Positions 11,157 through 25,220 are shown, counted from the stretch's first letter. The stretch is 64,000 nt of DNA from Octopus sinensis (GCF_006345805.1 NC_043013.1:35030001-35094000); one strand, 5' to 3'. Notes: generated by a model from the letters alone, not told the origin. Numbers and translations: made by a program.

Positions 11157-11635
11157 TTTGTGCTGTAAACCATTTACTATTTCTGGGGTGTCCCCTCCTT
11201 CCCTTGATGTCCTCAGAACGTGTTTATTTTGCATAATGGTCAATTTAGTGCTTGATCCTTCTCTAACATCATAATAGCCAAAGTCAGCAAGATTAAATGG
11301 TCAGACCATGATAATTTCTCCTGGTTTAATTTTCGTACAATTAAAAAAAAAAGTCTGGACATTTATTGATATGCAATGTGCTCTAACATATTTTGTCATT
11401 CATATTACATATGCTTGCGATAACAAAAACATTTCTAGCACCAGATTTCTTAATCTTGTGCATAAGTCATCACAACCTTAAATTATTTTAAATGCAGTTC
11501 TGCAAAAATGTGCAATTTATTCATGAGTAAACACAGTGTAGACACACACATGTGTGCATGCACACACACACACATACACATACACACATACAGATACACA
11601 TGTGCATGGGCACACTCATACAGGAATACACACAT

Positions 11636-11684
<49 letters not shown>

Positions 11685-12026
11685 GATGGAAGTTAAATTG
11701 ATGAGTACATGATTTTTACAAAATATATGCTTGTAAATTTATTAGCTTACACAAAGTATAGACAGAAAGAGAGACAGACATAGAGAGAGAGGCAGACAAA
11801 GAGAGAGAGACAAACAAAGAGAGAGACAGTGACAGAGAGAGGGAGGGACATAGAGATAGAGGGAGAGAGAGATGATAACGATGGTGACCACAACCATTAG
11901 GACTGGAAGGGCAATAAGAATGGCACCCGTAGTAATATCAACAATGGCTACAAGTCTTGAACTAATGTGTGCTAACAGTGGCAGCAGCATTGCTCATCAT
12001 CGTCATCATCATTAATATCATCATCG

Positions 12027-12062
<36 letters not shown>

Positions 12063-12399
12063 CCACCATCATCATCATCATCATCATCACCACCACCATC
12101 ATTATTATCATCATCATCATCACCATCATCATCACCATTGTAATAATGAAAGCAATGTTGGTGATGACAACGACGATCTTGATGATGACGACGACGATGA
12201 TGATGATGACACCACCCTCACCAACACTGAAGATAATTATAATTATGATTATGAATACAATTGTAATGATTGTTAGGGTTCAATGAAAGAATTGCCTCTT
12301 CAGAAGATGAAGGAATAAATAATGGGGCCAAATGACAAATAAATGATTATATAAAATAAATAAATTCATGCAAACCCTGAAACTAGAAACAGAGGGGAA

Positions 12400-12428
12400 A
12401 AAGGACATGCATACATACATACATACAT

Positions 12429-12491
<63 letters not shown>

Positions 12492-12752
12492 CATACATAT
12501 ACACACACACATGTATATATATGTATATATAGATATACATATATATATGTATATATATGTATATATATATGTATATACACGTATATATGTAAATATATGT
12601 GTATATATATGTATGAATATATATATATATATAATATATATATACATATATATATATGTACATATCTATCTATACATATATATACATGTGTGTGTGTATA
12701 TGTATGTATGTATATATATATATATGTGTGTGTGTATATATATATATAGATG

Positions 12753-12791
<39 letters not shown>

Positions 12792-13011
12792 GTGTACATT
12801 TATATATATTTATGTATGTACATATATGTTATATGCATACATATGTATATGTATATATGTGTATATATGTATGAATATATATATATATATACATATATAT
12901 ATACATATATATATATGTACATATCTATCTATACATATATATACATGTGTGTGTGTATATGTATGTATGTATATATATATATATGTGTGTGTGTATATAT
13001 ATATATAGATG

Positions 13012-13052
<41 letters not shown>

Positions 13053-13131
13053 GTGTACATTTATATATATTTATGTATGTACATATATGTATATATGCAT
13101 ACATATGTATATGTGTATATATATGTGTATA

Positions 13132-13164
<33 letters not shown>

Positions 13165-13270
13165 TATTTTTTGTCTATCTATATGTCTGTGAGTGTGTGT
13201 ATATATATATGTGTGGGTGTGTGTGTGATACAATAAAATGAAAACATAATATATATATATATGTATGTAT
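12400..13270. repeat. Compound (TA/TG/TACA)n microsatellite containing a ~259-bp tandem duplication
   Basis: The block gtacatatctatctatacat...tagatgtatatg...gtgtacatttat recurs with an offset of about 259 nt. Confidence 0.85.
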
Positions 13271-13661
13271 AAACCAAAAACGAGGCATAGTAAAATAAAG
13301 TTCCACTTTCTCCTCTCCCCTCTCTACTCTTGTCCTTCCCCCATCCCTCTCTTGCCATCCTCACTTCATGCAAATAACATTTACAAACGTGACAAAATGA
13401 TATCAGAGTTATTAGGCAGCTTAATTAATTCATTAGATTCACAGCAACAGTAGCAATAGCAGCAACATCATCAACAACAACAACAACAACAACAACAACA
13501 AATGCAATAATAATAATAATGATATTGATAATAATAATAATAATAATAATAATATTGAAAATACCATCTTCTCTCAGTGACATCATCATCATCATCATCA
13601 TCAACATTATCATCATCTTCACCACAATGAACATCCTCCTCATTATCATTCCCTCCATCGC

Positions 13662-13693
<32 letters not shown>

Positions 13694-13810
13694 CCATTCC
13701 ATAATCAATGCTATTACCATTATGATCATTGTTGTTGCTATACACACACACCCATACACCCACAGATATATCTATCTATCTATCTATCTATCTATTGATA
13801 TCTGTATATG

Positions 13811-13850
<40 letters not shown>

Positions 13851-13978
13851 CATATATAAATATATATCCATCTATCTATCTATTGATATCTGTATATGTA
13901 TGTATATATATATATACACATACATATATAAATATATATATGTGTATATGTATATATGTATATATGTATATATATATA

Positions 13979-14034
<56 letters not shown>

Positions 14035-14121
14035 ATGCATATATATATATACATATATATATGTATGCACACTCACACATACACCACACACGTCCATGCA
14101 TATATAATTCCAAGTACAGTG

Positions 14122-14152
<31 letters not shown>

Positions 14153-14447
14153 TACAGACATACAGACATACAGACATACATACACACATAGACACAAACG
14201 TATACACATACATGATTCTCTGCTATTAGGCAGAACATGAATAAACTCTTTTTGTCTCAACTGATTATACTCGTAAACTCTGCCAAGTCAACAAGCCCGA
14301 CCAACCTACAGCCATCCCCAATCTCGTTCCACTAGGAGCTTGATGCTTCACACTCCAATGTGTTAGCTAGATTTGCTAATTAACAGGAAGCATTAACTAT
14401 TTATGTCGTTTAGCAGTCACTAGCAAAATAATTTTTCCTGATATCAG

Positions 14448-14476
14448 GTTCAAATCTGATGAAACTGTTTACAACG
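14448..14476 (+). CDS. Candidate micro-exon (FKSDETVYN or SNLMKLFTT)
   Basis: tttttcctgatatcag| acceptor, ACG|gtgaga donor, two open frames. Confidence 0.25.
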
Positions 14477-14617
14477 GTGAGACTTGCCATTAAAACCGAA
14501 AAACAGGAATCTGATATTTACTGTAAATTCTTGAAACTTAGCATGGAAAAAAATAAAAGCAAACAAAAAAAAGAAGAAAAGAAAAAGAAACATTATTAGA
14601 TCTTCCACACTGCTGGT

Positions 14618-14655
<38 letters not shown>

Positions 14656-14818
14656 GGGGGAGAAAAGTTGTCCATTAAAACAATAGTGATGATGATCTTG
14701 ATTACACTGATGATGATGATGATGATGATGATGTAGTGATAATAATGGTGTGATGGTGAAGGTTTGATGATGACAATAATGATTTGATGACGATGACAAT
14801 GACAACAACGCCAACGAA

Positions 14819-14861
<43 letters not shown>

Positions 14862-15674
14862 GTGATAATGATAAGGTTGAGGGTGATGAGGTGGTGATGA
14901 AGATGTTATACCGATAATGGTGGTGTTGATAATGACGACAAAGGCGATTATACTGCTTGTAGCGTTGTTGTTGTTGTTGCTGCTACTGATGATGATGTGG
15001 AGGAGGAGGACGAGGAGATTTCTGATATTGTTTATCTGTCTGTTGGAGTAGAGCTATCAATGATCAAAGACATTCCACTCATGACCACTCTGTCTTTTAT
15101 TCAGACGTAGTATATCTGGGACTACAATCCTCAGTGTATTCTTCCTTTAACAAAAGAGTAAAGTATGATTTGAAAGATCATTGACTACTGTTTCTAGAAA
15201 ATCAAGCTATGACAACATCAAAAAATCCCACATTGAATAACAAATTGGTGATGATGATGATGACGACAACGAGGATGATGATGACAGCAGCATCGACGAT
15301 GATGATGATGGTATTGATTATGATGATGATGACGACGACGACGACGACGATGATGATGATGATGATGATGATGATGGTATTGATGATGATGATGATGATG
15401 ATAACAAGGATGGTATTGATTACTATGACTAGAGAAAACAGATCAATAAAAAGACAGAAAGTGATTGAAATCAAACTGTCATTATGCTACTTCGTATTTG
15501 TCCTTTCCTGTGCGTTTTATTTTAGAAGCAAGTTGGAATGGGAAGTTGTGGCGTTTATCATCTTTTGCAGAATTGCTTGTACTGTAAGCGCATATATTAG
15601 ATTAGTAGCATAAATTAGATTACTATAACTGTCTTCATTAGCAATTATGACACTATTTTCATTAATTTCTTTAG

Positions 15675-15742
15675 GTGCTTCTGTAGTCCTGAACAGCCCT
15701 GGACACACATCCCCTCAGCCATCTGACCCAGAATCACCCTAG
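15675..15742 (+). CDS. Candidate terminal exon (GASVVLNSPGHTSPQPSDPESP*)
   Basis: ttttcattaatttctttag| acceptor, locally GC-richer unique sequence, and phase-compatible with 14448-14476. Confidence 0.3.
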
Positions 15743-15789
15743 CAGCACCTGAGAAAACCAATACACTGAGCCCTAATGTATATAATTTA

Positions 15790-15992
15790 TGTCTTTATTG
15801 CCCACAGGTGGCTAAACATAGAGAGGACAAACAAGGACAGACAAAGGGATTAAGTTGATTACATCGACTCCAGTGCATCACCAGTACATCACTGGTACTT
15901 ATTTAATTGAGCCCGAAAGAATGAAAGGCAAAGTTGACCTCAGTGAAATTTGAACTCAGAACGTAAAGACAGATGAAATACCGCTAAGCATT
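15790..15992 (-). mobile_element. SINE family A
   Basis: ctttattgcccacagg...aatttgaactcagaacgtaaagacagatgaaataccgctaagca. Confidence 0.9.
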
Positions 15993-16024
15993 ATGTATAT
16001 AATTATTGACAGGAAACTACAGTA

Positions 16025-16703
16025 TATGACAGGTACCCAAACATAACCGGAAACGTTCTCTATGGAACAAGCCCTTTATAGTTCAGTCTTCAGCTGCTAG
16101 AATCTACTTGATGTGGCCCTCTCGGGCATCAGTCTGCTGACTGGTAGCATTGAGTGAAATCATACTATCATGTAGTGTATCTTTGTTTTGCAGTGCTTGT
16201 CCCCTTTGCGTTGATTTCTGCAATGGCTGAAACAAAGGAACAGTGCACTACCATGAAATTCTGTTTTATGCTGGGGAAAAAGAATAGTCAGAACAGTTGC
16301 CATGCTTCAAACCGCTTACAATGATGCTGCCATGCACAAAACACAAGTTTACGAGTGGTTTTCACACTTTAAGATTGGTCACTTGTCACTTGAAGACCAA
16401 CTTTGTTCAGGGTGACCATTGGACTTGGATGAATGAAAACATCAAGAAAATTCATGAACTGATCTTAGAAGGCCATCACCAAACAATTGATGAACTTGAT
16501 ATGACTGGTGTAACCTGGAGCTTCTGCCAACGAATTTTGAGTGAGGAATTGTGCATGAAAAAAGTTTCAGCAAAATTTGTGCCTCACTTGCTCATGTAAG
16601 GGCAAAAGCAGTCACAAATGAATGCATGGGAACTGGAAGACGATTTCAATGTTGATTCAGACCGTTTTTCAAAGGTCATCAATGGTAAACAAAGCTGGTG
16701 TTA
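16025..16703 (+). pseudogene. Mariner transposon 5' part with decayed transposase
   Basis: TIR-like start tatgacaggtacccaaacataaccggaa. From ATG 16223 with frameshifts: MAETKEQ..MKFCFMLGK / TQVYEWFSHFKIG..LEDQLCSG*P / ILSEELCMKKVSAKFVPHLL..KVINGKQSW. These are the mariner HTH, xVPxxL linker and first catalytic motif region. Confidence 0.9.
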
Positions 16704-16995
16704 CAGTTCTATATTTAAGAGATGAGGAATTATTTACATTATTTACATTATTTACATTTGACGGATATTTGTCCTCATCTTGTTTGTTGCTAACACGTTT
16801 CAGCTGATATACCATCCAGCCTTCATCAGGTTCCTTGGGGAAATTTCAAACCTGGGTTCTCATTCCTAAGGTATTTTTTGATGTTGTTATTATTATTGTT
16901 ATTATTCTTATTCTTCTTATTCTTCTTCTTCTTCTTCTTCTTCTTATTATTATTATTATTAACACCAAGATTCCGAGTTTGATTCCAAGCAGTGA

Positions 16996-17026
<31 letters not shown>

Positions 17027-17030
17027 GATA
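16704..17030 (-). mobile_element. Third copy of the PLE 3' module, with an inverted head segment
   Basis: The tail and hammerhead lie on the minus strand at 16704-16890. The head taacaccaagattccgagtttgattccaagcagtgacctga(AAT)n lies on the plus strand at 16960-17030. Confidence 0.85.
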
Positions 17031-17044
17031 ACAACATTGTTATT

Positions 17045-17210
17045 GACAACCAATGTTGGTGTGTTTATGTTTGTGAAACTTAGCAGTTCAGCAGAAAAAA
17101 CCGATAAAATAAGCACCAGGCTTACAAAGTCAAGGTGGTCGATTTCTTCGACTAAAAGGCAGGCAGTGGTCCAGCATGGCCACAGTCAACTGACTGAAAC
17201 AAGTAAAACA
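17045..17210 (+). mobile_element. SINE family B, 3' half
   Basis: gacaaccaatgttggtgtgttt...ccagcatggccacagtc...gaaacaagtaaaa. Confidence 0.8.
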
Positions 17211-17464
17211 TTAACAGATATACATATATACATACACACATACATACACACATACATACATACATATATACATACATACATACGTACATACATACATACA
17301 CATATATATATATATATATACATAGATATATATCCTTCAGATGTATGTTTTATCATCATCATCATCTATATACATATAATGTGTGTGTATATATCTATAT
17401 ATATATATATAGATATATATATATATATACATATAATATATATATATGTATGTGTGTGTGTGTG

Positions 17465-17535
<71 letters not shown>

Positions 17536-18289
17536 GTGTATATATATATATATATAGTATGTATGTAATGTATATGTGTGTGTGTATATATATATAAATA
17601 ATTAGATATATAATTAGATATAATTACGGATGATATAATGACAGTAAGAATTAGAAGTATAATGGAGTGGAAGATTAGACAAAAGAAATAAATAAAACTG
17701 TCATAGATTCTTTCATTATAAGAAATGGTAAGAGAGGGAGGGTAATTAGGAGTAGTGGTGGCAGGAGCCTACGGTGGTGTGGGTGGTGGAGTAAAATGCA
17801 CCACAATAATGGCAATGAGGATGACGGTGATGATGATGATGATGGTGTTGGTGGTGACAGTAGTTTTAGTTGTGATGCTGTTGTTGTTGTTGGTGGTGAT
17901 GGTGCTATTCCTGATCACGAGGCTAGTGTTGTTTTTGTTATTGTTTATAGTGATGGCATTCACCATCACGATGGGAATGTTTTTGAAAGTGAAAGTTTGT
18001 GATGTTGGTGACTGTATTAGTAGCGATGAGGGCAAATTGTAGCAGTACTGAAGAGATAACATAAAGTACAATTGCAATGTAACATTTAGTATTCATTGGC
18101 TCAAGTTGGGGCCAAATTAAGACCCATAGAGGCCCTAAGCACTTAAAAGATTTTGGGACCTCATATATATGTAATTCAAAATATAATCAATAATAAACAT
18201 ATAAAGAATTTTTTATTTCTTCTTCTCAATGAAGCAAGATTAACAGTAAGATGGAAATAATGTATATACTACTATACTTCCAATTTGTT

Positions 18290-18500
18290 GAGCTGGCTGT
18301 ATCGTTAGAATGCTAAGCAAAATGCTTAGTGGTATTTCATCCATTTTTATGTTCTGAGTTCAAATTCCTGGTGTGGTCAACTTTGCTTTTCATCCTTTCA
18401 AGGTTGATAAAATAAGTACCAGTGGAGCATTGGGGTCAAGGTAAACGACTTATCTTACCTCTCCAGAGCTTGCTGGCTTTGTGCCAAAATTTGAAACCAT
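18290..18500 (+). mobile_element. SINE family A, diverged
   Basis: gagctggctgtatcgttagaatg...ctttcatcctttcaaggttgataaaataagtaccagt. Confidence 0.85.
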
Positions 18501-20606
18501 TTTTGGTTTAATTATGTTTGAAAAATTTTTTCTCCTACATTTTTTTAATTGCAAACTCTTTAATCAGATCCATACTATGTCACCATGAACACTTCAAAAT
18601 TCTATTTCTGGTCATATAAACCACTTTGTATATTATTTTAGCAAGTTTAAAGTGATTTCTTTTGTGCTATAAACCATTTACCATTTCTGTCATGCCCCCA
18701 TTTCCCTTGATGCTCTAAGCATATTCTTATTTTGCTTAATGCTTAATCAAGTGCTGGCTCAAGTTCTGCTTTGGTAGGTTTCTATGAGTCTGAGATTTCT
18801 TTTTGAGATTATAGAATTAGAACGAAAGACTGCAATGAAGAAGAGGGGGAGATTTTGAGGTTATGGAACATAGGTTGATTAGTTGGTTTGATGTGTGTTT
18901 AGGTTAAGGTTTTGGCATGAGTTTAGGGTTAAGTTTGGGTTGGGGTTTCCAGTAGCAATGATTTGTGTCAGTAAGTCAGTGGATTTCATTTGTAATTGAA
19001 GTAAAAAGGAAAAGAAGATAGATGTATAAAAGGATAATAAATAAAATAAACCAAGAAAAACTTAAAGAAAAATATAATGATGCTGGTGGTGCGTGTGTAG
19101 GGTGTGTGTGTGTGTACGTGACGTTGGACGTTGGGGGAATATGGTACCAATAACAAAACAATAAAGAAATATAGTAAGCAGAGAATTAAAGAAAAATAAT
19201 TAATAAAAAAAATGTAAAAACAAATTGAAAAGAAAGAAACAAAAAACAACACCCCTGTTTCATGAGAATAATTCATAGATTCTGACTTAGTGACTTGTCA
19301 TTTGATGATTGGTAGTGGGGGGGGGACAGTGTAGTGATGTTGTGTGTCTATGTTCATGTAAGTGTGTCTGTGTATATGTGCATGTATGAGTGTGTGTATG
19401 GTAGATGTAAAGTATTTAGTAGTGTTTATATGTTTGTGGGAAAACAAGGATTTTATAAGTCATATGATTGTTATATATATGTGCATGTGTTATATATATA
19501 TGTGTATGTATGATTATAAATACGTGTGTGTGTGCTTGTGAGTGTGTGGAAGATGCCAAGATGGTATTGGGGAAGACAGTGGTAAAGGAGGTTCAAGATA
19601 TTTGCATTGCAACAACAAGTTGTTTTGAAGATGGTAGCGGACTGGAGTGGAGATGAGGGACAGAAAGATGGGTGGGTCACCAGCTAGCAACAACAACAAC
19701 AACAACAACAAACAATAACTTGTCTGATGAAGGTGTATAGATTTATACTGGACAAGGATAACAGATGAATGAAGTGTAGTGTTATATTGTTGGTCTTGAA
19801 ACAGGTAGTGGTGATGGAGGTGTTAGTGACAGTGTTGGTGGTGGTGGTGATAGATGTGGTTCTGGCGATAAAGGTGGTTGGTGATGGTAAGATGTTTGGG
19901 TCAACAATAACTATAATTCCAACAAATACAGCAACAAATGATTCTGAATAGAACTCATAAATTGTAGATTAGCTATCAGACAGAGGAATATGACAACAAA
20001 TATATAAATAAATGATAGCAAAATGAAATACTGAAAAGCAAAACAAAAAAAACTAACAGAAAACAGAAAGAAAGTAAAAAGAAAGAAAGGAAGCATACAT
20101 AAGGAAATTTTAGAAGAGAAAGATGATGCAGATACAGATGAAATTTCCCAAAATATGCATAATTCTAGCACAGACTTATAGACCTGGCCAAACCTCACAA
20201 ATTACCTCCCCTTTACACCACAACAGTACAGTGCTGCAATACAAATACACATACACACACATATATATACACACACACACACAAAATATCTTTGTGTGTG
20301 TGTGTGTTACATGCCTACACACATATGCACACTGATGAAACAAAATCTCTTCTGTTGTTTTGTTCTGTTACATATAATATATACATGTGTACACACACAT
20401 GCACACACACACACACACACACATTTGGACACCATTGAACACTTTTATGACACAGTATCACTCTCTGTCGTATATTCATATTTACATACATTCATACATA
20501 CATGCAAACATACACACGCATACATACAAACATAGATGCACACATATACATACCTATATATGCATACATACATACATATACATACATACATAATACATAT
20601 ATACAT

Positions 20607-20657
<51 letters not shown>

Positions 20658-21160
20658 ATATATATACATACACATATATATACATATGTATATATATATA
20701 TATATACATATATATCTATAATTTTGAGCACATTGATGAGACAGAATGTATTCTGTCAGACACACACCTAGATATACAACCATATACACAAATAGAACAG
20801 ATAGGTGGAATCACTATGTAGTAATTTTTTGGAATATTACCAATTATTCTATAGTTTGTATGTGAAAATGATTTCTTTTACATTTATTTTATCATATATT
20901 GTTTAGCTATTTTTTTTTACTTCCTGGCATTGACTTGCAGACTAAAGACAAAAGCTGTATGCATATACATATATGTGCGTGCATGTGCATATTTGTTCAT
21001 GAATGCGTGTATTTTGCTCTGTGTGTGTGTGTGTGTGTGTATACATATAGACACCTGAAATACATATGAAACTAAACACACATGAATATATAAATATGAA
21101 CACAGAAGAATGTATATACATATGTAAATAGGTTATTGAATATCCATATATTCATACATT

Positions 21161-21192
<32 letters not shown>

Positions 21193-21196
21193 ATAT

Positions 21197-21228
<32 letters not shown>

Positions 21229-22115
21229 AAGATATATATATATATATATATATGTATGTATATATCCATATACGTGTGTATATGCTGGTGTATGTATTGA
21301 GATGTATTCAGACAAATGGCATATGTTTTCACAATTTTTTCCCAATATACTGTCAATTTTTACAGCCGTTCTCTCACCTTACTCTCCATATTTCTAACTC
21401 TCCTCACATGAACGTTTTTCCTCACTCTCTGCCATTCTCTCTACCTCTCTCCACCTCTCTCAAAATCATATCAACCTCCCTAATTATACTGACATTTTCC
21501 CCTTCTTTTACATTCTCTCCTCTTAGTTCACTACCTCATACTATTCTCACTTTGGCACTTTTTCTCTGCTAACCTTGTCCCTTTGGTTATTGTTTTTTTT
21601 TTGGTGTTTTTTTTAAAGCATCCTCACCCTTACCTCACCTACTGTTAGTCTATAAATTTTTTTTATTTTTTCCTATCAGTTTCAGAATGCAATCACTAAA
21701 AACTTATAAATTTACCAACAGCAATTCCCTGGAAACACAAAAATACACACACACACTTTCATACACATATACACACTCATACATAAACACACACACACAT
21801 ACATACATACACACACTTATACATACACGCATACACATACAAGCACACATTTGTACACAGGCATCCAGGCATTACCCTGCAGTGGAGCATAAGATTCTAC
21901 CAATACAATTTTATAATGGGATTATAATCAAACGTTATTAAAAAGAGGAAAAAATCCCAGAAAATAATATAAACCAGTGTTCAATTAGTTGATCAGATGG
22001 TCATTTTTGTTTGTATTCTTTTTTAGGTGTTTCGGATTTATTGTATTTCATTCTTGCCTTATTATATCTTTCACTATCTATCTGTATTCAGTTGTCGCTA
22101 TATTTATCCACATAC

Positions 22116-22510
22116 GGTGGTGAGCTGGCAGAATCGTTAGCACGCCGGGCGAAATGCTTTGTGGCATTTCGTCTGCCGTTACGTTGTGAGTTCAAATTCC
22201 GCCGAGGTCAACTTTGCTTTTCATCCTTTCGGGGTCAATAAATTAAGTACCAGTTACGCACTGGGGTCAATGTAATCAACTTAATCCATTTGTCTGTCCT
22301 TGTTTGTCCCCTCTGTGTTTAGCCCCTTGTGGGCAGTAAAGAAATAGGCATTTGTCTGCCGTAACGTTCTAAGTTCAAATTCCGCCAAGGTTGACTTTGC
22401 CTTTTGTCCTTTCAGAGTCTATAAATTAAGTACCAGTTACATACTGGGGTCGATCTAATCAACTGGCCCCCTCCCCCAAAATTTCAGGCCTTGTGCCTAG
22501 AGTAGAAAAG
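22116..22510 (+). mobile_element. SINE family A, head-to-tail partial dimer
   Basis: Two successive gagttcaaattccgcc...taagtaccagttac units. Confidence 0.9.
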
Positions 22511-22849
22511 TATATTTTTTAAGGCAGCAAGCTGGCTGAAGTGTTTGCATGCAGTATTTGAACTTAGAATGTTATGGCATCCCACTTCCATTGCACACAC
22601 ATACACACACACACACACACAAGCATTTACATGCCTCCCTTTTACATACACACACATACATCCATCATCCAGTATTTGTCTGCCATAACATTCTAAGTTC
22701 AAATCCCGCTGAGGTTGACTTTGCCTCTCATCCTTTCAAGGTTGATAGAATAAGTACCATCTGAGAGCTAGCATCAATGTAATTGACTAGCCACCTACCC
22801 AGGAACTTGCTGGACTTGTGTCAAAATTTGAAACCAATATATCTATATA

Positions 22850-23013
22850 GGTGCAGGAGTAGCTGAGTGGTAAGTAGATTGCTTACCAACGACATGGTTC
22901 TGGGTTCAGTCCCACTGTGTGGCACCTTGGGCAAGTGTCTTCTACTATAGCCTCGGACCGACGGAAGCCTTGTGAGTGGATTTGGTTGACGGAAACTGAA
23001 AGAAGCCCGTCGA

Positions 23014-23044
<31 letters not shown>

Positions 23045-23046
23045 AT

Positions 23047-23111
<65 letters not shown>

Positions 23112-23328
23112 ATGTTTGTGTGTCCGTGTTTGCCCCCCCCCACATCGCTTGACAACTGATGCTGGTGTCTTTATGTCCCCGTAACTTAGCAGTTCGACAA
23201 AAAAGACCAATAGAATAAGTACTAGGCTTACAAAGAATAAGTCCTGGGGTTTATTTGTTCAACTAAAGGCGGTACTCCAGCATGGCCACAGTCAAATGCC
23301 TGAAAAAGTAAATGAGTAAAGAGTAAAA
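22850..23328 (+). mobile_element. SINE family B, full length
   Basis: ggtgcaggagtagctgagtggtaag...aaagagtaaaag. Confidence 0.9.
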
Positions 23329-23969
23329 GATACACAAATACATATATATTTATCCTATAATAATACTCATGTGTTTTTCTCCATCACAGCATATGAAAGA
23401 AAGGAAGAGGTGATGGTGAACAGGTAGTAAGATGATGGAAATTCTATGATGAAAAGAAAACAGCATTTCAACTCTGTGTGAGTATACCTGTGTGTATGTA
23501 AAAGGGTGGCATGTAAATGCTTATGTGCATGTGGGGGTATGTGTGTGTGCAATGGAAGTGGGATGCTGAACATTCAACACTGAAAAGAAAAATCAAACAG
23601 CGTTTCAACTCTGTGTGAGTATGTGTGTGTATGTGTGTGCATGTACCAGTGAGGTATGTGATTGTTTGTATGTGTGAACCATTGTTCTTTCAGTAACAAA
23701 CGATGATCGATGTCACATCTCAAAGGACAACCACTAGATAACATTGACAAGTGTATTAATTTGATTTACCATCCATATTCTCTCTGTTTTGTTAAAAATA
23801 ATTATCACAATCACACACACCTACACAAACATATACAAACTCATAAGAGAAAATAATTATTGCCTGAGTGTATCAAGAATATAAAGCGACTGCAATTGAT
23901 AGGTATATTATAAATTTGGTAATAAAAGAATTATTACACTAAAAGCTTGGTTTTGTATCTTAGGGAGAT

Positions 23970-24280
23970 ACATGACCATGGAATTACACCTAGAAATTTA
24001 CCCTCCGAGGCACAAGTCCAGGCAAGGTTGTTTTATGGAAGGCCAGCAGTCACCTATGCATACCAGCTTCTGTTCTTTACGCCACCGTAAAGAAAGGCAA
24101 AGGTCAATACTGTCTGGCACCAGTGACATCGCAACTCATTTCTACTGTTGAGGGAACTGGAGCAATGTAAAATAAAGTGTCTTGCTCAAGAACACAACAC
24201 ACAGCCTATTCAGGGAATCAAATTCACAACCTCACGATTGTAAGCTCGACGCTCTAACCACTGAGCCATGCGCCTTCACT
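23970..24280 (-). mobile_element. SINE family E
   Basis: ctctaaccactgagccatgcgcc head and catgaccatgg..cacctagaaa tail. Confidence 0.85.
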
Positions 24281-24469
24281 TTTGTACCTTATTTATATAT
24301 GAAATACGACAATTAGCTGTCATTTTTGATGGCACAGGGCCAGTTAGTTTATATATATGCATACCTTTCCTTCTTGGGACACAAAACTCTACTTGTGAAG
24401 ACCTGTTGAGGCAAGTGAGAATCAGAATTAAAATCGAAATCGATCAACATCAATGGAAATTGTAGCTGT

Positions 24470-24921
24470 GATACCAGTGCCGGTGGCACGTAAGCGAACC
24501 ATCTGATCGTGGCCGTTGCCAGCCCCACCTGGCCCCCGTGCCGGAGGCATGTAAAAAGCACCATCCGATTGTGGCCGTTACCAGCCCCACGTGGCCCCCG
24601 TGCCAGTGGCACATAAAAAGCACCATCCGATCGTGGCCGTTGCCAGCCTCGCCTGGCCCCCATGCCGGTGGCACGTAAAAAGCACCATCCGACCATGGCC
24701 GTTTGCCAGTCCCATTTGGCACCTGTGCCGGTGGAACATAAAAAGCACCCACTACACTCTCGGAGTGGTTGGCGTTAGGAAGGGCATCCAGCCGTAGAAA
24801 CATTGCCAGATCAGACTGGGCCTGGTGCAGCCTTCTGGCCTCCCAGACCCCAGTTGAACCGTCCAACCCATGCTAGCATGGAAAGCGGACGCTAAATGAT
24901 GATGATGATGATGATGATGAT
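24470..24921 (+). mobile_element. Family C retroposon with an internal ~61-bp tandem array
   Basis: Four full units and one partial unit of gtgccggtggcacgtaaaaagcaccatccgatcgtggccgttgccagc..., then ggttggcgttaggaagggcatccagccgtagaaac and a (GAT)n tail. Confidence 0.9.
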
Positions 24922-24989
24922 GATATCATTCCTACCCAGGAACTTGCTGGACTCATGTCAAAATTTGAAACCAATATATCTACACAAAC

Positions 24990-25220
24990 ACACACACACA
25001 CACGCGCACGCAGATATCTATACTATAATAATACCCTTGTGTTTTTCTCCGTCACAGCATATGAATGAGAAAGGAAGAGGTGATGGTAAACTGGTAGTAG
25101 GATGATGGAAATTATTCAGTGAAAAAAAAAATCAGTGTTTCAACTCTACGTGAGTATATGTGTATGTATGTAAAAGGGAGGTGTGTGAATGTATGTGTGC
25201 ATGTGTGTGTGTGAGTGTGA

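Noticed and set aside
18890-18950. Telomere-like TTAGG(G) repeats
   Set aside because: Too few and too degenerate to call interstitial telomeric DNA.
19719-19756. Hammerhead-like cttgtCTGATGAAggtgtata..tatac..acaag
   Set aside because: Stems I and II can be drawn, but GAAA and the cleavage triplet are absent. It is a single copy and may be chance.
24476-24750. CRISPR-like array
   Set aside because: The units are whole tandem repeats with no unique spacers, inside a eukaryotic retroposon.
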